A stretch of 64,000 bases of DNA from an uncultured delta proteobacterium (GCA_963710425.1 CAVQAR010000024.1:85935-149934); one strand, 5' to 3'. Positions 19,542-30,699 are shown, counted from the stretch's first letter. Made by a program: numbers and translations. Notes: generated from the sequence alone by a model not told the origin.

Positions 19542-20231
19542 CAGTGACTCGACTTTTTGCGCGCGATCTCGCGATCCTGTCGCGCGATCACTGCGGCGTG
19601 AAGTTGCGCGACGGTTTTTTCGGGGAGCACAGTCACCGGCCTGCCGGTCGCGAGCGCTTCCATATAGATGTGCGCGGATTTCTCGAGCAGCTCGACAAAG
19701 GTAAAAGTCTTGTCGAGGTCGGTGCCGATGCAAAGCGTGCCGTGGTTCTGAAGTATGTAGCAGTGGCATCGATTGGCGAGCTTGCGCGCGACGTTGTCGT
19801 GCAGTTCGCGCGTGCCTGACAGAGCGTACGGCACGACGTCGATGGTATCTGCCAATAGCCAGAGTGACTTCGTCGAACAGCGGCGGGATCGGCTCGTTCA
19901 GTATGCTGAGCGCGCTCGCGAAGGACTGATGCGTATGGATAACGGCGCTGACGTCGGCGCGCGCCTGGTAGGTCGCGACGTGCATCGGAGTTTCGATCGA
20001 CGGTTTGCGCTTGCCCTCGATCGGCGCGAGGTCGAAGTCCACTACGCAAATGTCTTCGACCGTCATCACGTCGTACTGAAGGCGCGTCGGCGTGACCGCG
20101 ATCGCATCTTCGCCATCAATCAGGATGGAGACGTTGCCCGCGCTGCCCGATTTGGATCCGAAGTAGCCGTCGGCCGACAGCCGCTGGCTTACCTGCAGGA
20201 CTCGCCGCTTGTAGTCGTCGTAGCGTCCCAT
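19541..20231 (-). CDS. Class II aldolase/adducin-family protein, one frame change near 19860
   Basis: SGSAGNVSI, PSIETPMH, AVIHTHQSFASAL (Zn His), then ILQNHGTLCIG in a second frame. Confidence 0.8.
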
Positions 20232-20297
20232 CTCAAAAAAACACGCCCCCGCGTATCGCCTGATTCGACGATACCGCGGGGGCGATGTTATTCGCCA

Positions 20298-21711
20298 CTA
20301 CGAAAGTTTGACTGAGTTCACCACCTGGATTTCCGTGAAGCCCATCAGACCCCACGGGCCGTTCTCCACGCCGATGCCCGACCATTTCGCTCCGCCGAAC
20401 GGCAAATTCGGCGCGATCGCGAGATGCTGATTGACCCACGCCGAACCGCATTCGAGTTGCGAGGCGACTTCGGTGCCGCGGGCCGAATCGTTGGACCATA
20501 CGGAGCCGCTTAGCCCAAAGTGCGTCGAGTTCGCGCGGCGGACGGCGTCGTCAACATCCTTGTAAGGAATGATCGGGAGCGCCGGGCCGAATTGCTCTTC
20601 ATCGACCAGCCGCACGCCATCGGAAATATTCCCGACGATGGTCGGCGCGAAAAAGTAGCCTTCCTTGCCGACGCGCGCCCCGCCCGAGACAATCTTTGCG
20701 CCGTGCTTTTTGGCGTCCTCGACTAGCTCGGTCACGCGCTCGAACTGCATCTTGTTGTTGATCGGACCAAGCTGGGTTCCGGCCTCGAGCCCGTCGCCAA
20801 CCTTCACGCCCTTGGCAATCTCGCCGAGGTTGTCGAGCAACGCGTTGTACATCTGCTCCGGAACGTACACGCGCTTGATCGCGCTGCAGATTTGTCCCGA
20901 GTTCTCGAATGCGCCCCAGAAAATCTTCTGTGCGACCGCCGCGGGATCCACGTCAGCCAGGATGATCGCGGCGTCGTTGCCACCGAGCTCGAGCGTGACG
21001 CGCTTCAAATCGGGCGCAGCCGCCGCAGCGACTCGCTTGCCAGTCTCGACCGAGCCAGTGAATGAAATCTTTCGCGGCACCGGATGCGTAGTCATCCACG
21101 CGCCGAGCTCGTCGCCGCCGGAGACCACGTTGAGGACTCCGGGCGGAACGAGGTCGCGCAGAATTTCGCCGAGCATCAGCGTCGTGATCGGCGTGTACGG
21201 CGACGGCTTCAGCACGATCGTGTTGCCTGCGAGCAGCGCCGGCGCGATCTTCCACATCCCGAGCATCAGCGGGTAATTCCACGGGCGTGATCGCGGCGAC
21301 GACGCCGAGCGGCTTGCGCTTGATTTCGATTTTGCCCTGCGGCGTGTCCTGCAGAACCTCGGAGGGCAGATCGAGCATCGCGGTGTACGCGCACCACATC
21401 GAGGTGCCCATGATTTCCTGTCCGGCCTTGTCGAGGGGCTTGCCCTGCTCCTGGGTGAGCGTGCGCGCGAGACCTTCAGGCGGTTGCTGCAATGCAGCCG
21501 CACAATCCTGAAGGACCTTGCGGCGCGCGTTGACGTCCTTGCTCCAACTGGGGAACGCCTTTTGTGCGGCGTTCATCGCCTGGTCGAGTTCGGCTTTCGA
21601 ACAATCGGGAACTTCGGCGAAGATCTTTCCAGTGGCGGGATTGATCACGCCAGTGGATTTCGATCCTTTCACCGACTTGCCGTCGATAGTCATGGTGTAT
21701 CCAGCAGCCAT
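20298..21711 (-). CDS. NAD(P)-dependent aldehyde dehydrogenase, one frame change near 21283
   Basis: ATG 21711 preceded by AAGGAG. WNYPLMLGMWKIAPALLAGNT, VTLELGGNDA, catalytic FENSGQICSA. N- and C-terminal parts are in different frames. Confidence 0.9.
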
Positions 21712-21794
21712 TCGAGTCTCCTTATATGCGGAATGCGTGCGAGCGATTGTAGTTGATCCAATACAACGCCGGTCGCATTGCGCGCAAACATCAA

Positions 21795-23207
21795 TCAGCC
21801 AGGGATTTCCTCGTCGAGTCCTGCCACCTTCAGCGCTTTTCGCTTCGCACCTTTGAGGTCGTAGTACCTGCGCGTGACGATTCGCTGCGCATAGAGACCG
21901 CCGCCGGCCTGCACGTTGGTCACTGCCTTCCAGCCGCCATACGCGTCGGCGGTCAGATCGCGAATCGCATGAAACAGCCGCGCGCGATATTCGCCATCGA
22001 TTCCTTTGCTCGTCCCCATATATTTGCGAACGAGCGGGCCGGTCACTTCGTTTTCGAGATCGGCGACGCCCGGCGCGGTCAGGATCGAGCCGCCCGAGAT
22101 ATCGTGCAGATGGCGCACCATCAGGTTGTAGTTCGCCGCACCGTGATACTTGCCGGCGTTGGTGTAAAGCTCGTCGGGGAACGCGCCCTGCTCGGTAATC
22201 TGGCAATTCGCGATCGCTGCCTCGAGCGCGGCGCGAATCAAAGTGGCGTGGATGAGCATCTCGGAAATTTTCTCCTTGATATGCCCTTCGCCGGCCAAGC
22301 CGTTGGACTCCGCGACGAGCTGCGCGAAGCCGACCAGCTGATCGCCTTCTTCCGCCATCGCCGAAAGTCCGCCGAGGCGCTCCCAGAGCCCGAGCGAATG
22401 CGCGAACACTGCAGCCTGCGCCACTGCGCTGTCGAGGAAAATGCGCTCGTTCGGCACGAACACGTCGTCGAGGATCACGAATCCTTCGGCCATGTGAATT
22501 TTCGCGGAGACCGGGAACGTGCGCGTGTCGGGATGGCGCGGGGCGAAAGTCGTGTCGATTATTTTGACGCCGGGCGAATTGACCGGCACCGCGCATCCGA
22601 TCGCGTACGCCTCCTCGCCGGGCTTCATCGCCTTGGTCGGAATCACCATCAGGTCATGCGCCATCGACGCGCCCGTGATGTGCAGTTTGGCGCCGCGAAT
22701 CACGACGCCGTCGGCGCGCCGCTCGACTACCCGGGTGTAGGCGTCGGGGTCGTCCTGCTTGCCGGGCGGACGGGAGCGATCACCCTTGGCGTCCGTGATG
22801 CATTCGACGATGCGAATATCTTTGCGCTGCGCCGCGTGAACGTAGTTGCGGATGCGCTCCGCATATTCCGGCAGCGCATCCTGGATTCGCGTGGCCGCGG
22901 TGGTCAGCGTCATGATCGACTGGTACGTCACGTTGGCGACGATGTCGGACTCGAGCAGCAGTGGAATCCGATCGCGTAACTCGTTGGCCGAGCGCGGGAT
23001 TTTCATCAACGGGCTGACCGCCCCGGGTTCGGGCGAGTAGAACTTGTCGTAGCCCTCTGCGATTCGCGAAACGCATTCGCCGAGCAGCGGATGATTGACG
23101 ATGTCGCGCACCCGCTCGCCTTCGAAGTACGTTTCGCGGTTGTCATCGAGCGACTTTTTGTATTGCTGTCCGGTCATCATCGCGTTCTTGTCTCCTTGGA
23201 GCTTCAC
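21795..23207 (-). CDS. HpaB/AbfD-family protein (4-hydroxyphenylacetate 3-monooxygenase oxygenase component or 4-hydroxybutyryl-CoA dehydratase family)
   Basis: 470-aa ORF. N-terminal MTGQQYKKSLDDNRETYFEGERV and overall length fit the family. The probable start is ATG 23180 (AAGGAG upstream). Confidence 0.7.
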   Translation of the reverse strand: MKLQGDKNAMMTGQQYKKSLDDNRETYFEGERVRDIVNHPLLGECVSRIAEGYDKFYSPEPGAVSPLMKIPRSANELRDRIPLLLESDIVANVTYQSIMTLTTAATRIQDALPEYAERIRNYVHAAQRKDIRIVECITDAKGDRSRPPGKQDDPDAYTRVVERRADGVVIRGAKLHITGASMAHDLMVIPTKAMKPGEEAYAIGCAVPVNSPGVKIIDTTFAPRHPDTRTFPVSAKIHMAEGFVILDDVFVPNERIFLDSAVAQAAVFAHSLGLWERLGGLSAMAEEGDQLVGFAQLVAESNGLAGEGHIKEKISEMLIHATLIRAALEAAIANCQITEQGAFPDELYTNAGKYHGAANYNLMVRHLHDISGGSILTAPGVADLENEVTGPLVRKYMGTSKGIDGEYRARLFHAIRDLTADAYGGWKAVTNVQAGGGLYAQRIVTRRYYDLKGAKRKALKVAGLDEEIPG

Positions 23208-23275
23208 ACGGTCACAAGTTTCGGGACCGTTTTTTCAACCTTACGTTAAAGTGCGCAAAAAGCCAGAATTACACG

Positions 23276-24682
23276 ATGCCTGAATTTGATTTCGACCTTG
23301 CTGTCGTTGGCAGCGGTCCCGCCGGACATCATGCGGCCATCCAAGGCGCCAAGCTGCGCAAGCGCGTCATCGTGATCGAGCGCAAACCGATCGTCGGCGG
23401 CATCTGCGTCAACATCGGGACGATTCCCAGCAAGACGATGCGCGAAGCTATCCTGTACCTCTCGGGCTATCGCGAACACGCCATTTATGGCGATTCGTAC
23501 CGCGTCAAGGAAAAAATAACGTTTCAGGATCTGTTGGTCCGCGTCGATCCGGTGGTGCGTCACGAGATCGACGTGTTGCGCCATCAGCTCCTGCGCAACG
23601 GCGTCGAGCTGACCACTGCGAGCGCGAGTTTCGTCGATCCGCACACGCTCCATCTCGAAGACAAAATGAGCGGGCTGCAAAGACGGATCACTGCGTCCAC
23701 TATTGTGTTGGCCGTTGGTACCCAGCCGACGCGCGACGCGCGCACTCCGCTGGATGGCACCTCGATCTTTTCCAGCGACGACGTCATGCAGCTCGACGAA
23801 CTCCCGCGCACGCTCGCCGTGATTGGTGCGGGCGTGATCGGATGCGAGTATGCGAGCATGTTTGCGGCGCTCGGCGTGCGCGTGACGCTGATCGACATGC
23901 GCCCGCGGCTGCTGGACTTCGTCGACGCGGAAATAGTCGAAAGCCTCGTCTACCACTTGCGCGAACGGCGGGTGACGCTCCGCCTGGGCGAAGAAGTTTC
24001 GTCGATAGAAGTGATCCGGGAGAACGGCCAGAACCGCGTGCGCACATGCCTGGCGAGCGGGAAACAGATCGTCACCGACAAAGCCTTGTCGAGCACCGGC
24101 CGCACCGGCGCGACCAGCGAGCTAAATCTCGCTGCCGCGGGACTCGAAGCCGACGCGCGCGGCCGTCTGAAAACCAACGCCGACTACCAGACCGCCGCCG
24201 AAAACATCTACGCGGTCGGCGACGTAGTCGGATTCCCGAGCCTCGCATCGACTTCGAAAGAGCAGGGCCGAATCGCAGTCTGCCGCGCGTTCAAGGTTCC
24301 CGCGCATCACGCGCCCGAATTGTTCCCCTACGGAATCTACACGATCCCCGAAATCTCATTCGTCGGGGCAACCGAAGAGAGCCTCACCAATAAGGGCGTT
24401 CCATACGAGGTTGGCAAGGCCTCTTATCGCGAAGTCGCGCGCGGCCACATCCTCGGCGACAGCACTGGAGTCCTGAAACTGCTTTTTCATCGGGAGACGC
24501 GCGAATTGCTGGGCGTCCATATCATCGGCGATGGCGCGGTCGAGCTGGTTCACATCGGCCAGGCGGTGATCTCGCTGAAAGGCTCGATCGACTACTTCGT
24601 CAATACGGTTTTCAACTATCCAACTCTCGCCGAGTGCTACAAGAACGCTGCGCTGGACGGTATCAACCGCCTAAGCGCCTAG
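23276..24682 (+). CDS. sthA: Soluble pyridine nucleotide transhydrogenase
   Basis: GSGPAGHHAA FAD fold. GGICVNIGTIPSK has Thr where lipoamide dehydrogenase carries the second redox Cys, which is the SthA hallmark. 468 aa. Confidence 0.85.
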   Translation: MPEFDFDLAVVGSGPAGHHAAIQGAKLRKRVIVIERKPIVGGICVNIGTIPSKTMREAILYLSGYREHAIYGDSYRVKEKITFQDLLVRVDPVVRHEIDVLRHQLLRNGVELTTASASFVDPHTLHLEDKMSGLQRRITASTIVLAVGTQPTRDARTPLDGTSIFSSDDVMQLDELPRTLAVIGAGVIGCEYASMFAALGVRVTLIDMRPRLLDFVDAEIVESLVYHLRERRVTLRLGEEVSSIEVIRENGQNRVRTCLASGKQIVTDKALSSTGRTGATSELNLAAAGLEADARGRLKTNADYQTAAENIYAVGDVVGFPSLASTSKEQGRIAVCRAFKVPAHHAPELFPYGIYTIPEISFVGATEESLTNKGVPYEVGKASYREVARGHILGDSTGVLKLLFHRETRELLGVHIIGDGAVELVHIGQAVISLKGSIDYFVNTVFNYPTLAECYKNAALDGINRLSA

Positions 24683-24710
24683 CCGCTTTCACGGGACCGA
24701 GCTAAAGCGG
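24683..24710. terminator. Weak hairpin ccgcttt-N14-aaagcgg between convergent sthA and recQ
   Basis: 7-bp stem read directly. Large loop and no U-tract. Confidence 0.25.
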
Positions 24711-24721
24711 AATCTGGACTT

Positions 24722-26734
24722 CTATTGGTGAGACTTAATGCATTCGACGACGCGCGCGCCGAAGTCGGTCAGTTTTCTTTCGCCCATCCCGCGTATATAA
24801 CGCAGCGCTTCGACTGTGGTGGGCCTGACGCTCGCGAGTTCGCGCAGCGTCGCGTCGTGAAGGATCACATAGGCGGGCACGGAGCGCTCGGCCGCGATTT
24901 CCCGCCGCAGTTTGCGCAGACTTTCGAACAGCGCCTCGTCGACATTAAGCCACGAGGCTTCTTCGATTCGCGTTCTTTTCGATTTCGACTCTTTCGCCTG
25001 TAGCAGTGTGACAGCACGTCCCCCGCGCATCACTTCCCATGACAAGGCGTTCAACTTTAGCATTGGACGATCGCCCGGCGTCCGCTCGAGCAGGCCGGCA
25101 TCGACTAGCTGATAGACCAGGTTGGTCAAGGTCTTGCGCGGGACGTCCTTCAGCAGGCCATAGGTGGAAAGCTTTTCATGGCCTAATCGACGGACCCGCT
25201 CACTGCTTGCGCCACTTAGGACGTCCACCACGTGCTCGACGCCGAAGCGCTGCTCGACTCGCGCGACGCACGACAACACCTTCTGCGCGAGCACGGTGGA
25301 ATCGGCAACGCCTTCCACTTCACCCAGACAAAAGTCGCACGCTCCGCAGCTAGCTCCTTTATAGGTCTCGCCGAAGTATCCGGAGAGCGCCGCATGACGA
25401 CATCGAACAACCGTCGCGAAGCGTCGCACTTCTTCGAGCAACAGCTTTCCGCTCTCTAACACTTCAGGTGGAGTCGCGGATTCCGCCGCGCTCCGCTCCA
25501 TAAGGTTGCGCCAGCGCATCACGTCAGCCGCCGAGTAGAACAGCACGCACTCCGCGGGTAAGCCGTCGCGGCCCGCGCGGCCCGTCTCCTGCTGATAGGC
25601 CTCGATCGACTTCGGGATCGCCGCATGGATTACGCATCGGATGTCGCTGCGATCGATTCCCATCCCGAACGCGACCGTCGCCACCACCACGTCGATTTCC
25701 TCGGCGGCGAAGCGATCCTGCGTGCGTCGGCGCTCGTCGGCTTCCATCCCGGCATGATACGCAGCCGCGCGCACACCTTCCGACGCCAAGTATGCGGCGA
25801 TTTGCTCGGTATCCTTTCGACTGATGCTGTAAACGATCGACGCCTCACCTTTATGACGCCGAATCGTCTCCCCGATTTGCGCGTTCACATCCACCTTCGG
25901 GCGCACGCGATAGAGCAAATTCGGACGATCGAACGATCCGACCAGCACCTGCGGGTCTGTGAGTCCAAGTTGCTCGACGATATCGCCGCGCACGCGCTCG
26001 GTCGCAGTCGCCGTGTATGCATGAATGCTCGCGCCCGGAAAACGCGTCTTCAATTCCGCGAGTCGGCGATATTCCGGGCGGAAGTCGTGACCCCACTGGC
26101 TGATGCAATGAGCCTCGTCGATCGCGAAGCTGGAAACTTTCAGGCGCGCGGCAAGCTCCAGAAATCGCGGCGTCAGCAACCGTTCCGGCGCGACGAATAT
26201 AAGATGATGCCGGCCGCCGGCTATCTCGCGCTCGACGTCACGCAGTTCCATCTGATCCATCCCGCTGTGAAGCGCCGCCGCCGGATAACCCGACAGGCGC
26301 AGCGCATCGACCTGATCCTTCATCAACGCAATCAGCGGCGACACCACGACGTCGGTGCGTCGCGCGACCGCTGGCGGCACCTGGTAGCAGAGCGACTTGC
26401 CACCGCCGGTCGGCATCACGACCAACGAGTCGCGACGATCGAGTCCCGCCTGAATAGCCTCCGACTGCAGCGGCCGCAAACTCTCGAATCCCCAAAACCG
26501 CCGCAAAACGGCCAGCACTTCGTCGGAGGATGCTCCGCTCCCCGTCTCGAGCATCGGCTGCTCGAAGCTCTTCATCGTTTTGTCGCCCGCATTCAGAGCC
26601 ATCCCCGCATCATTAGTAACAACATCACGGTTGTCGAGAAACCTGTCATGAAAAACATTCGCGCCGCAGCCGTAATCCTCGGCACAAAAAACTGTCGTCG
26701 GCTTGCGGAACCATCCGTTCGACGCGAATCCCAA
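24722..26734 (-). CDS. recQ: ATP-dependent DNA helicase RecQ
   Basis: VVMPTGGGKSLCYQVP, DEAHCISQWGHDFRPEY, Zn-binding CDFC region and a C-terminal HRDC-like domain. The real start is probably internal (ATG at 26602 or 26575). Confidence 0.9.
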   Translation of the reverse strand: MGFASNGWFRKPTTVFCAEDYGCGANVFHDRFLDNRDVVTNDAGMALNAGDKTMKSFEQPMLETGSGASSDEVLAVLRRFWGFESLRPLQSEAIQAGLDRRDSLVVMPTGGGKSLCYQVPPAVARRTDVVVSPLIALMKDQVDALRLSGYPAAALHSGMDQMELRDVEREIAGGRHHLIFVAPERLLTPRFLELAARLKVSSFAIDEAHCISQWGHDFRPEYRRLAELKTRFPGASIHAYTATATERVRGDIVEQLGLTDPQVLVGSFDRPNLLYRVRPKVDVNAQIGETIRRHKGEASIVYSISRKDTEQIAAYLASEGVRAAAYHAGMEADERRRTQDRFAAEEIDVVVATVAFGMGIDRSDIRCVIHAAIPKSIEAYQQETGRAGRDGLPAECVLFYSAADVMRWRNLMERSAAESATPPEVLESGKLLLEEVRRFATVVRCRHAALSGYFGETYKGASCGACDFCLGEVEGVADSTVLAQKVLSCVARVEQRFGVEHVVDVLSGASSERVRRLGHEKLSTYGLLKDVPRKTLTNLVYQLVDAGLLERTPGDRPMLKLNALSWEVMRGGRAVTLLQAKESKSKRTRIEEASWLNVDEALFESLRKLRREIAAERSVPAYVILHDATLRELASVRPTTVEALRYIRGMGERKLTDFGARVVECIKSHQ

Positions 26735-26865
26735 ACGTCTTTGTGGAATTACGAACAGTACAGAAACGCTACAAGGCAGTTGACCGAAGAGTGCGGATTG
26801 CGGATAAACTTCCTGTCTAGTATTTCGCCGGTTGCGATCTGAGACTTACTGGGAGGCAACGCCGC

Positions 26866-27807
26866 ATGCCAAATTTTCGAATACTGTCCTGCGATGGCGG
26901 TGGTATCCGCGGAGTGCTGAGCGCGGTTCTGCTGAATCGCCTGTCAGGCGCCTATCCTGCCCTGCTGCAAAACCGACCTGACACGATCACGCTGTTTGCC
27001 GGCACCTCGACCGGTGGAATCCTGGCTCTAGGTCTCGCCGCCGGTCTTACTCCCGCGCAGATCCGCGACCTCTACGTGGTTAACGGCAAGCTGATCTTTG
27101 ATTCCTCGTGGGCGCGCGACGTGGTCGAGATCGGCGGTATCAGCGGTTCGAAATACGACAACACCAATCTCAAACAGATTCTGCAGGACACCTTCGGCGC
27201 CATTAGACTCAAGGACTTGCACTCGCGCGTTCTGATCGCATCCTTCAGCCTGGACAACCAGTCGCCCGATCCTTCTGCCCGCACCTGGAACCCGAAGTTC
27301 TTTCACAATTTTATCGGCGCTGACAGCGACGGTGAATTTCTGGCGGTTGACGTCGCCATGTCCACCAGCGCGGCGCCCACCTACTTCCCATCCTATGGCG
27401 TACTTATCGACGGCGGTGTGATTGCCAACAATCCAAGCATGGCGGCGATCGCGCAGGCGCTCGACGGGCGCAATCAAGCCAGTGAACGCGCGACCCTGGA
27501 CGGCATCAAGCTGCTATCGGTAGGTACCGGCGCCTCGCTGCAATACATCGCTGGACAGAATCACGATTGGGGCGACGCGCAATGGATCAAGCCAATCCTC
27601 AACGTGATGATGGACGGAAGCGTCGGGGTCGCCGATTTCGAATGCCAGCAACTTCTCGGCGATCGCTACTGTCGCGTCGAGCCGGTGTTCCCCGCCGGCA
27701 AGTCCTTCCCGATGGACGACGTCAGCAAGATCGTGGACCTGATGGACCTCGCGAATTCGTTCGACCTCACCAGCACCGTCGCATGGCTGAACGCCTCAGG
27801 ATGGTGA
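26866..27807 (+). CDS. Patatin-like phospholipase
   Basis: CDGGGIRG oxyanion hole, GTSTGG (GxSxG), catalytic Asp in LIDGGVIANNP. Confidence 0.85.
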   Translation: MPNFRILSCDGGGIRGVLSAVLLNRLSGAYPALLQNRPDTITLFAGTSTGGILALGLAAGLTPAQIRDLYVVNGKLIFDSSWARDVVEIGGISGSKYDNTNLKQILQDTFGAIRLKDLHSRVLIASFSLDNQSPDPSARTWNPKFFHNFIGADSDGEFLAVDVAMSTSAAPTYFPSYGVLIDGGVIANNPSMAAIAQALDGRNQASERATLDGIKLLSVGTGASLQYIAGQNHDWGDAQWIKPILNVMMDGSVGVADFECQQLLGDRYCRVEPVFPAGKSFPMDDVSKIVDLMDLANSFDLTSTVAWLNASGW

Positions 27808-27838
27808 CGCGCGGCCGACCGTTCTTCAGCGCGGCGGA

Positions 27839-28333
27839 CTACTCTCGGTGGTATTTGAGGGTCATCGCCGCGACTCCGGCCGCAACGTTCAGTCCGTTCT
27901 GACCTTCGACCGATACCGGCTGCAGCGCGATCGACTGATCAAAACCTCCGACCAGCACGTTCGCGCCCGCACCCACTCCTAGCGTAAGGCTTGCGGTAGC
28001 GCCGCCGTAATGGCCTTCCAGTGCGCCGGGCTTGAGATCCTTGGTCGGCGCGGCGACCGCCCACAGGATCACCGCTGATTTGAGGTAGCCGATATCAGCG
28101 CCGAACTTTGAGATGCTTCCACTGTAGTATTCGACTCTGCCGCCATTGCTCGAATAGGAGCATCTGATTTCGCGCGAAGATCCGAAGATGAATCCCCATC
28201 CCGACGCTTCATGGCAAGTGAGGTAGCCGGTCTTGACCGTGTATTTGCCGGCCTGCGCGTTCGCCGCGGATGACCAACAACTCAAGGAGAGAATAGTGGT
28301 TGCGAGAAGTGCGATCCGAAGTGCTGGTTTCAT
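27839..28333 (-). CDS. DUF992-family secreted protein
   Basis: Signal peptide MKPALRIALLATTILSLSCWSSAANA. Gly-rich beta-type sequence with the conserved Cys pair. ATG 28333 has a GGAGGA RBS. Confidence 0.6.
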   Translation of the reverse strand: MKPALRIALLATTILSLSCWSSAANAQAGKYTVKTGYLTCHEASGWGFIFGSSREIRCSYSSNGGRVEYYSGSISKFGADIGYLKSAVILWAVAAPTKDLKPGALEGHYGGATASLTLGVGAGANVLVGGFDQSIALQPVSVEGQNGLNVAAGVAAMTLKYHRE

Positions 28334-28423
28334 CTCTTCCTCCTGAACCCAAGGTGTAGCTCTCAGCCTAGTCAAAACCAACCATCAGGTCCACGGAAGC
28401 GCGGACTCCTGGTCGTACGCTGA

Positions 28424-29566
28424 TTACCTCAAATCGCGGCCGGTGTAGCCCAGGATCGAGCGCGCGATTATCAGGCGCTGGATTTCACCGGCGCCTTCGT
28501 AGATGTCGAAGATGCGGCCGTCGCGGAAGCATCGATCCAGCGGATGGTCTTCCGACAGCGCTGCCGGGCCGAGCAAATCGATGCATCCTTGCGTGATTTT
28601 TCGCGCGGCCTTGCCGCCCGCGGCCTTTGCGATCGACGCTTCCACTTTCGGCGGCACGTCCTGCTGCTCGAGCCACTTCGACCGCAGCACCGTCAGCAGC
28701 GCAGCCTCGAAAATGGCTTCCAGCCGGATGAAACGATCGACGATTGCCGATCGGCTTCGCATCCCGCCGCGGTAACTGATTTCGATTCCGCGCTCGCCCA
28801 GCTTTTCGCGCGTGAAATCCAGCGCCGCGCGCGCGACGCCCAGCGCCATCGCGCCGACCATCGGGCGCGAGTCGTTGAACACCGACATCGTCGATTTGAA
28901 ATCGCCCTTGATGTGATTGAATTCCGGAATGCGGCAATTCTCGAACAGCAGGTTGCAGGTGTCGTGCGAGCGAATGCCGAGCTTCCTGAGTTGCGGCCCG
29001 ACGGTGAACCCGGGCGTACCTTTCTCGACGATGAACGTGCTCATGCCGCGGCTGCCGTCCGGCGCAATGAAGCGCGACAGCACCATCGCAGCGTCACCCG
29101 ACTGCGCCTGCGAGATAAAAATTTTCTCGCCGTTGAGAATCCACTCGCCGGTCTCGCGATCGAAGGTCGCCGTCGTCCGGATGTTCGCCGGATCAGAGCC
29201 GGCGCCGGGCTCGGTAATCGCAATCGCAATCGTGTGGTTCTTCCACTTCTCGAATTGTTCAGGCGTCGCGACGGTCTTGAGCACCGTGTTGCCGAGTCCC
29301 CATCTGCTGCGATGCAGCGAAATCCCGCCCCAATAAATCTCGAGCATCACCAGCGAGTGAAGAATTCGCGATCCGCTGCTGCCACTGAGTCCTTCTTCGG
29401 CCAGCGTGACCGGGTTTGGCAAATCTTTCGCTTCAGGAAATTCCTCGGGCTCGAGTTCGTCCTCATGCTTGTCGTAGTAGCGCGCATAGCGGCGGCCAAT
29501 GATCGCCTGCTCATGCGCGCTGCTCAGAACGTTCTCGTCAGTCGAAGTGAGTTGGAAATCTATCAT
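28424..29566 (-). CDS. Acyl-CoA dehydrogenase
   Basis: 380 aa. AITEPGAGSD and the C-terminal IFDIYEGAGEIQRLIIAR with the catalytic Glu. Confidence 0.85.
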   Translation of the reverse strand: MIDFQLTSTDENVLSSAHEQAIIGRRYARYYDKHEDELEPEEFPEAKDLPNPVTLAEEGLSGSSGSRILHSLVMLEIYWGGISLHRSRWGLGNTVLKTVATPEQFEKWKNHTIAIAITEPGAGSDPANIRTTATFDRETGEWILNGEKIFISQAQSGDAAMVLSRFIAPDGSRGMSTFIVEKGTPGFTVGPQLRKLGIRSHDTCNLLFENCRIPEFNHIKGDFKSTMSVFNDSRPMVGAMALGVARAALDFTREKLGERGIEISYRGGMRSRSAIVDRFIRLEAIFEAALLTVLRSKWLEQQDVPPKVEASIAKAAGGKAARKITQGCIDLLGPAALSEDHPLDRCFRDGRIFDIYEGAGEIQRLIIARSILGYTGRDLR

Positions 29567-29595
29567 TGTCTTGTCCTCGTGATTGTCTTCGAAAA

Positions 29596-30673
29596 CTAAA
29601 CTCCGACCGCGCCTTCAAGCACCGACACCGTGCGCGTGTCGCGATACCACATCTCGACCGGGTTATCGCGCAGGTAGCCATGCCCGCCGAGCATCTGGAC
29701 GCCCTCATCGGCAATCCACATCGCGTTCTCGGCGCAGTAGGTGTAGGCAAGTTGCGCCTGACGCGTCGCGTCGCCGCCCTGCTCGAGAATCGACGCCGCC
29801 TTCCACGTCATCCAGCGCATCGCATCGGTTTCGATCCGCATATCGGCGAGACGAAACGCGATCGTCTGCTTCTTCGCGAGCGCATCGCCATGCACCACGC
29901 GCTCCTTGGTGTAGGGCATCACGAATTCCATCACGGCCCGGCTGGTCCCGGTCATGATCGCGGACAATGCAGTGCGCGCCGAGTCGATGATGCGCTGAAC
30001 ATCGCATCCCGCGCCTTCGCCGAGCCGCGCGCTCGCAGGCAGTTCAACATCTTTGAAACTGACCGTCGGCCATCTCGAGCGCGCGCAGTCCGATATTCGG
30101 TTTCTTCTCGCCGACGCTCACGCCACGCGCGTTCCGCTCGACGATAAACGCGTCCAACGTATCGTCGGATCGTGCGACCACAAGAAAGTGACTGCAACTA
30201 TCGGCGAGCGGAATCAGTCCTTTCATGCCCGAGAGCAGATAGCCGTCGCGCTTCTTGATAGCGGTGGTGCGAATCGCGGAAACGTCGAAGGCGAAATCGG
30301 GTTCCATGATTGCGACGCCCGCGCATCGATACTTGTCGCCCGCAAACAGCGGCAGCAGATTTTTCTTTTGCGCGGGCGATCCCTGCGCAGCGATCGCGCC
30401 GAGAAATCCGATCGGCGCCGCGGCAGCGATCGCAAACGACGCGTCCGCGACCGCGAGTTCCTCGAGCAGCAGCGCATTCAGCGTCGGCGAATATCCGTCC
30501 GCATCGGATTGAGACTGGATGATTCCGGTCGCCCAGATCTCGTCGAGAATCGACGACGGCATCGCTTCGCGATCGTCGGCAGTGCGCGCGGCCGGTCGAA
30601 GCTGCGAGCTTGCCAGCTCCTGCACCATCGACTGTGCGAGTTTCTGTTCCTCGGTAAGTTCAAAAGAAATCAC
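29596..30673 (-). CDS. Acyl-CoA dehydrogenase family protein, one frame change near 30050
   Basis: N-terminal MISFELTEEQKLAQSMVQELA...AIMEPDFAFD. C-terminal GGHGYLRDNPVEMWYRDTRTVSVLEG. The two ORFs (30044..30673 and 29596..29967) are in different frames. Confidence 0.8.
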
Positions 30674-30699
30674 AGGGCCTTATCCTCCAATCTGCGCGC

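Noticed and set aside
18867-20231. 454-aa ORF as an aldolase-kinase fusion protein
   Set aside because: The central ~100 residues are Arg-rich off-frame sequence. The aldolase finishes in another frame with its stop at 19541-19543, overlapping the kinase ATG. These are two coupled genes and not a fusion.
20953-22596. 547-aa ORF upstream of and overlapping the aldehyde dehydrogenase
   Set aside because: Apart from the true ALDH N-terminus (21290-21711), the translation is low-complexity Arg/Gly/Ala and is antisense to, or overlaps, the HpaB-family gene. It is a GC-driven spurious ORF.
26866-27807. Patatin-like phospholipase as a CBASS CapV-type effector
   Set aside because: No CD-NTase/cyclase, E1/E2-like or other CBASS partner gene is adjacent. 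The neighbours are recQ (divergent) and a DUF992 gene on the opposite strand.
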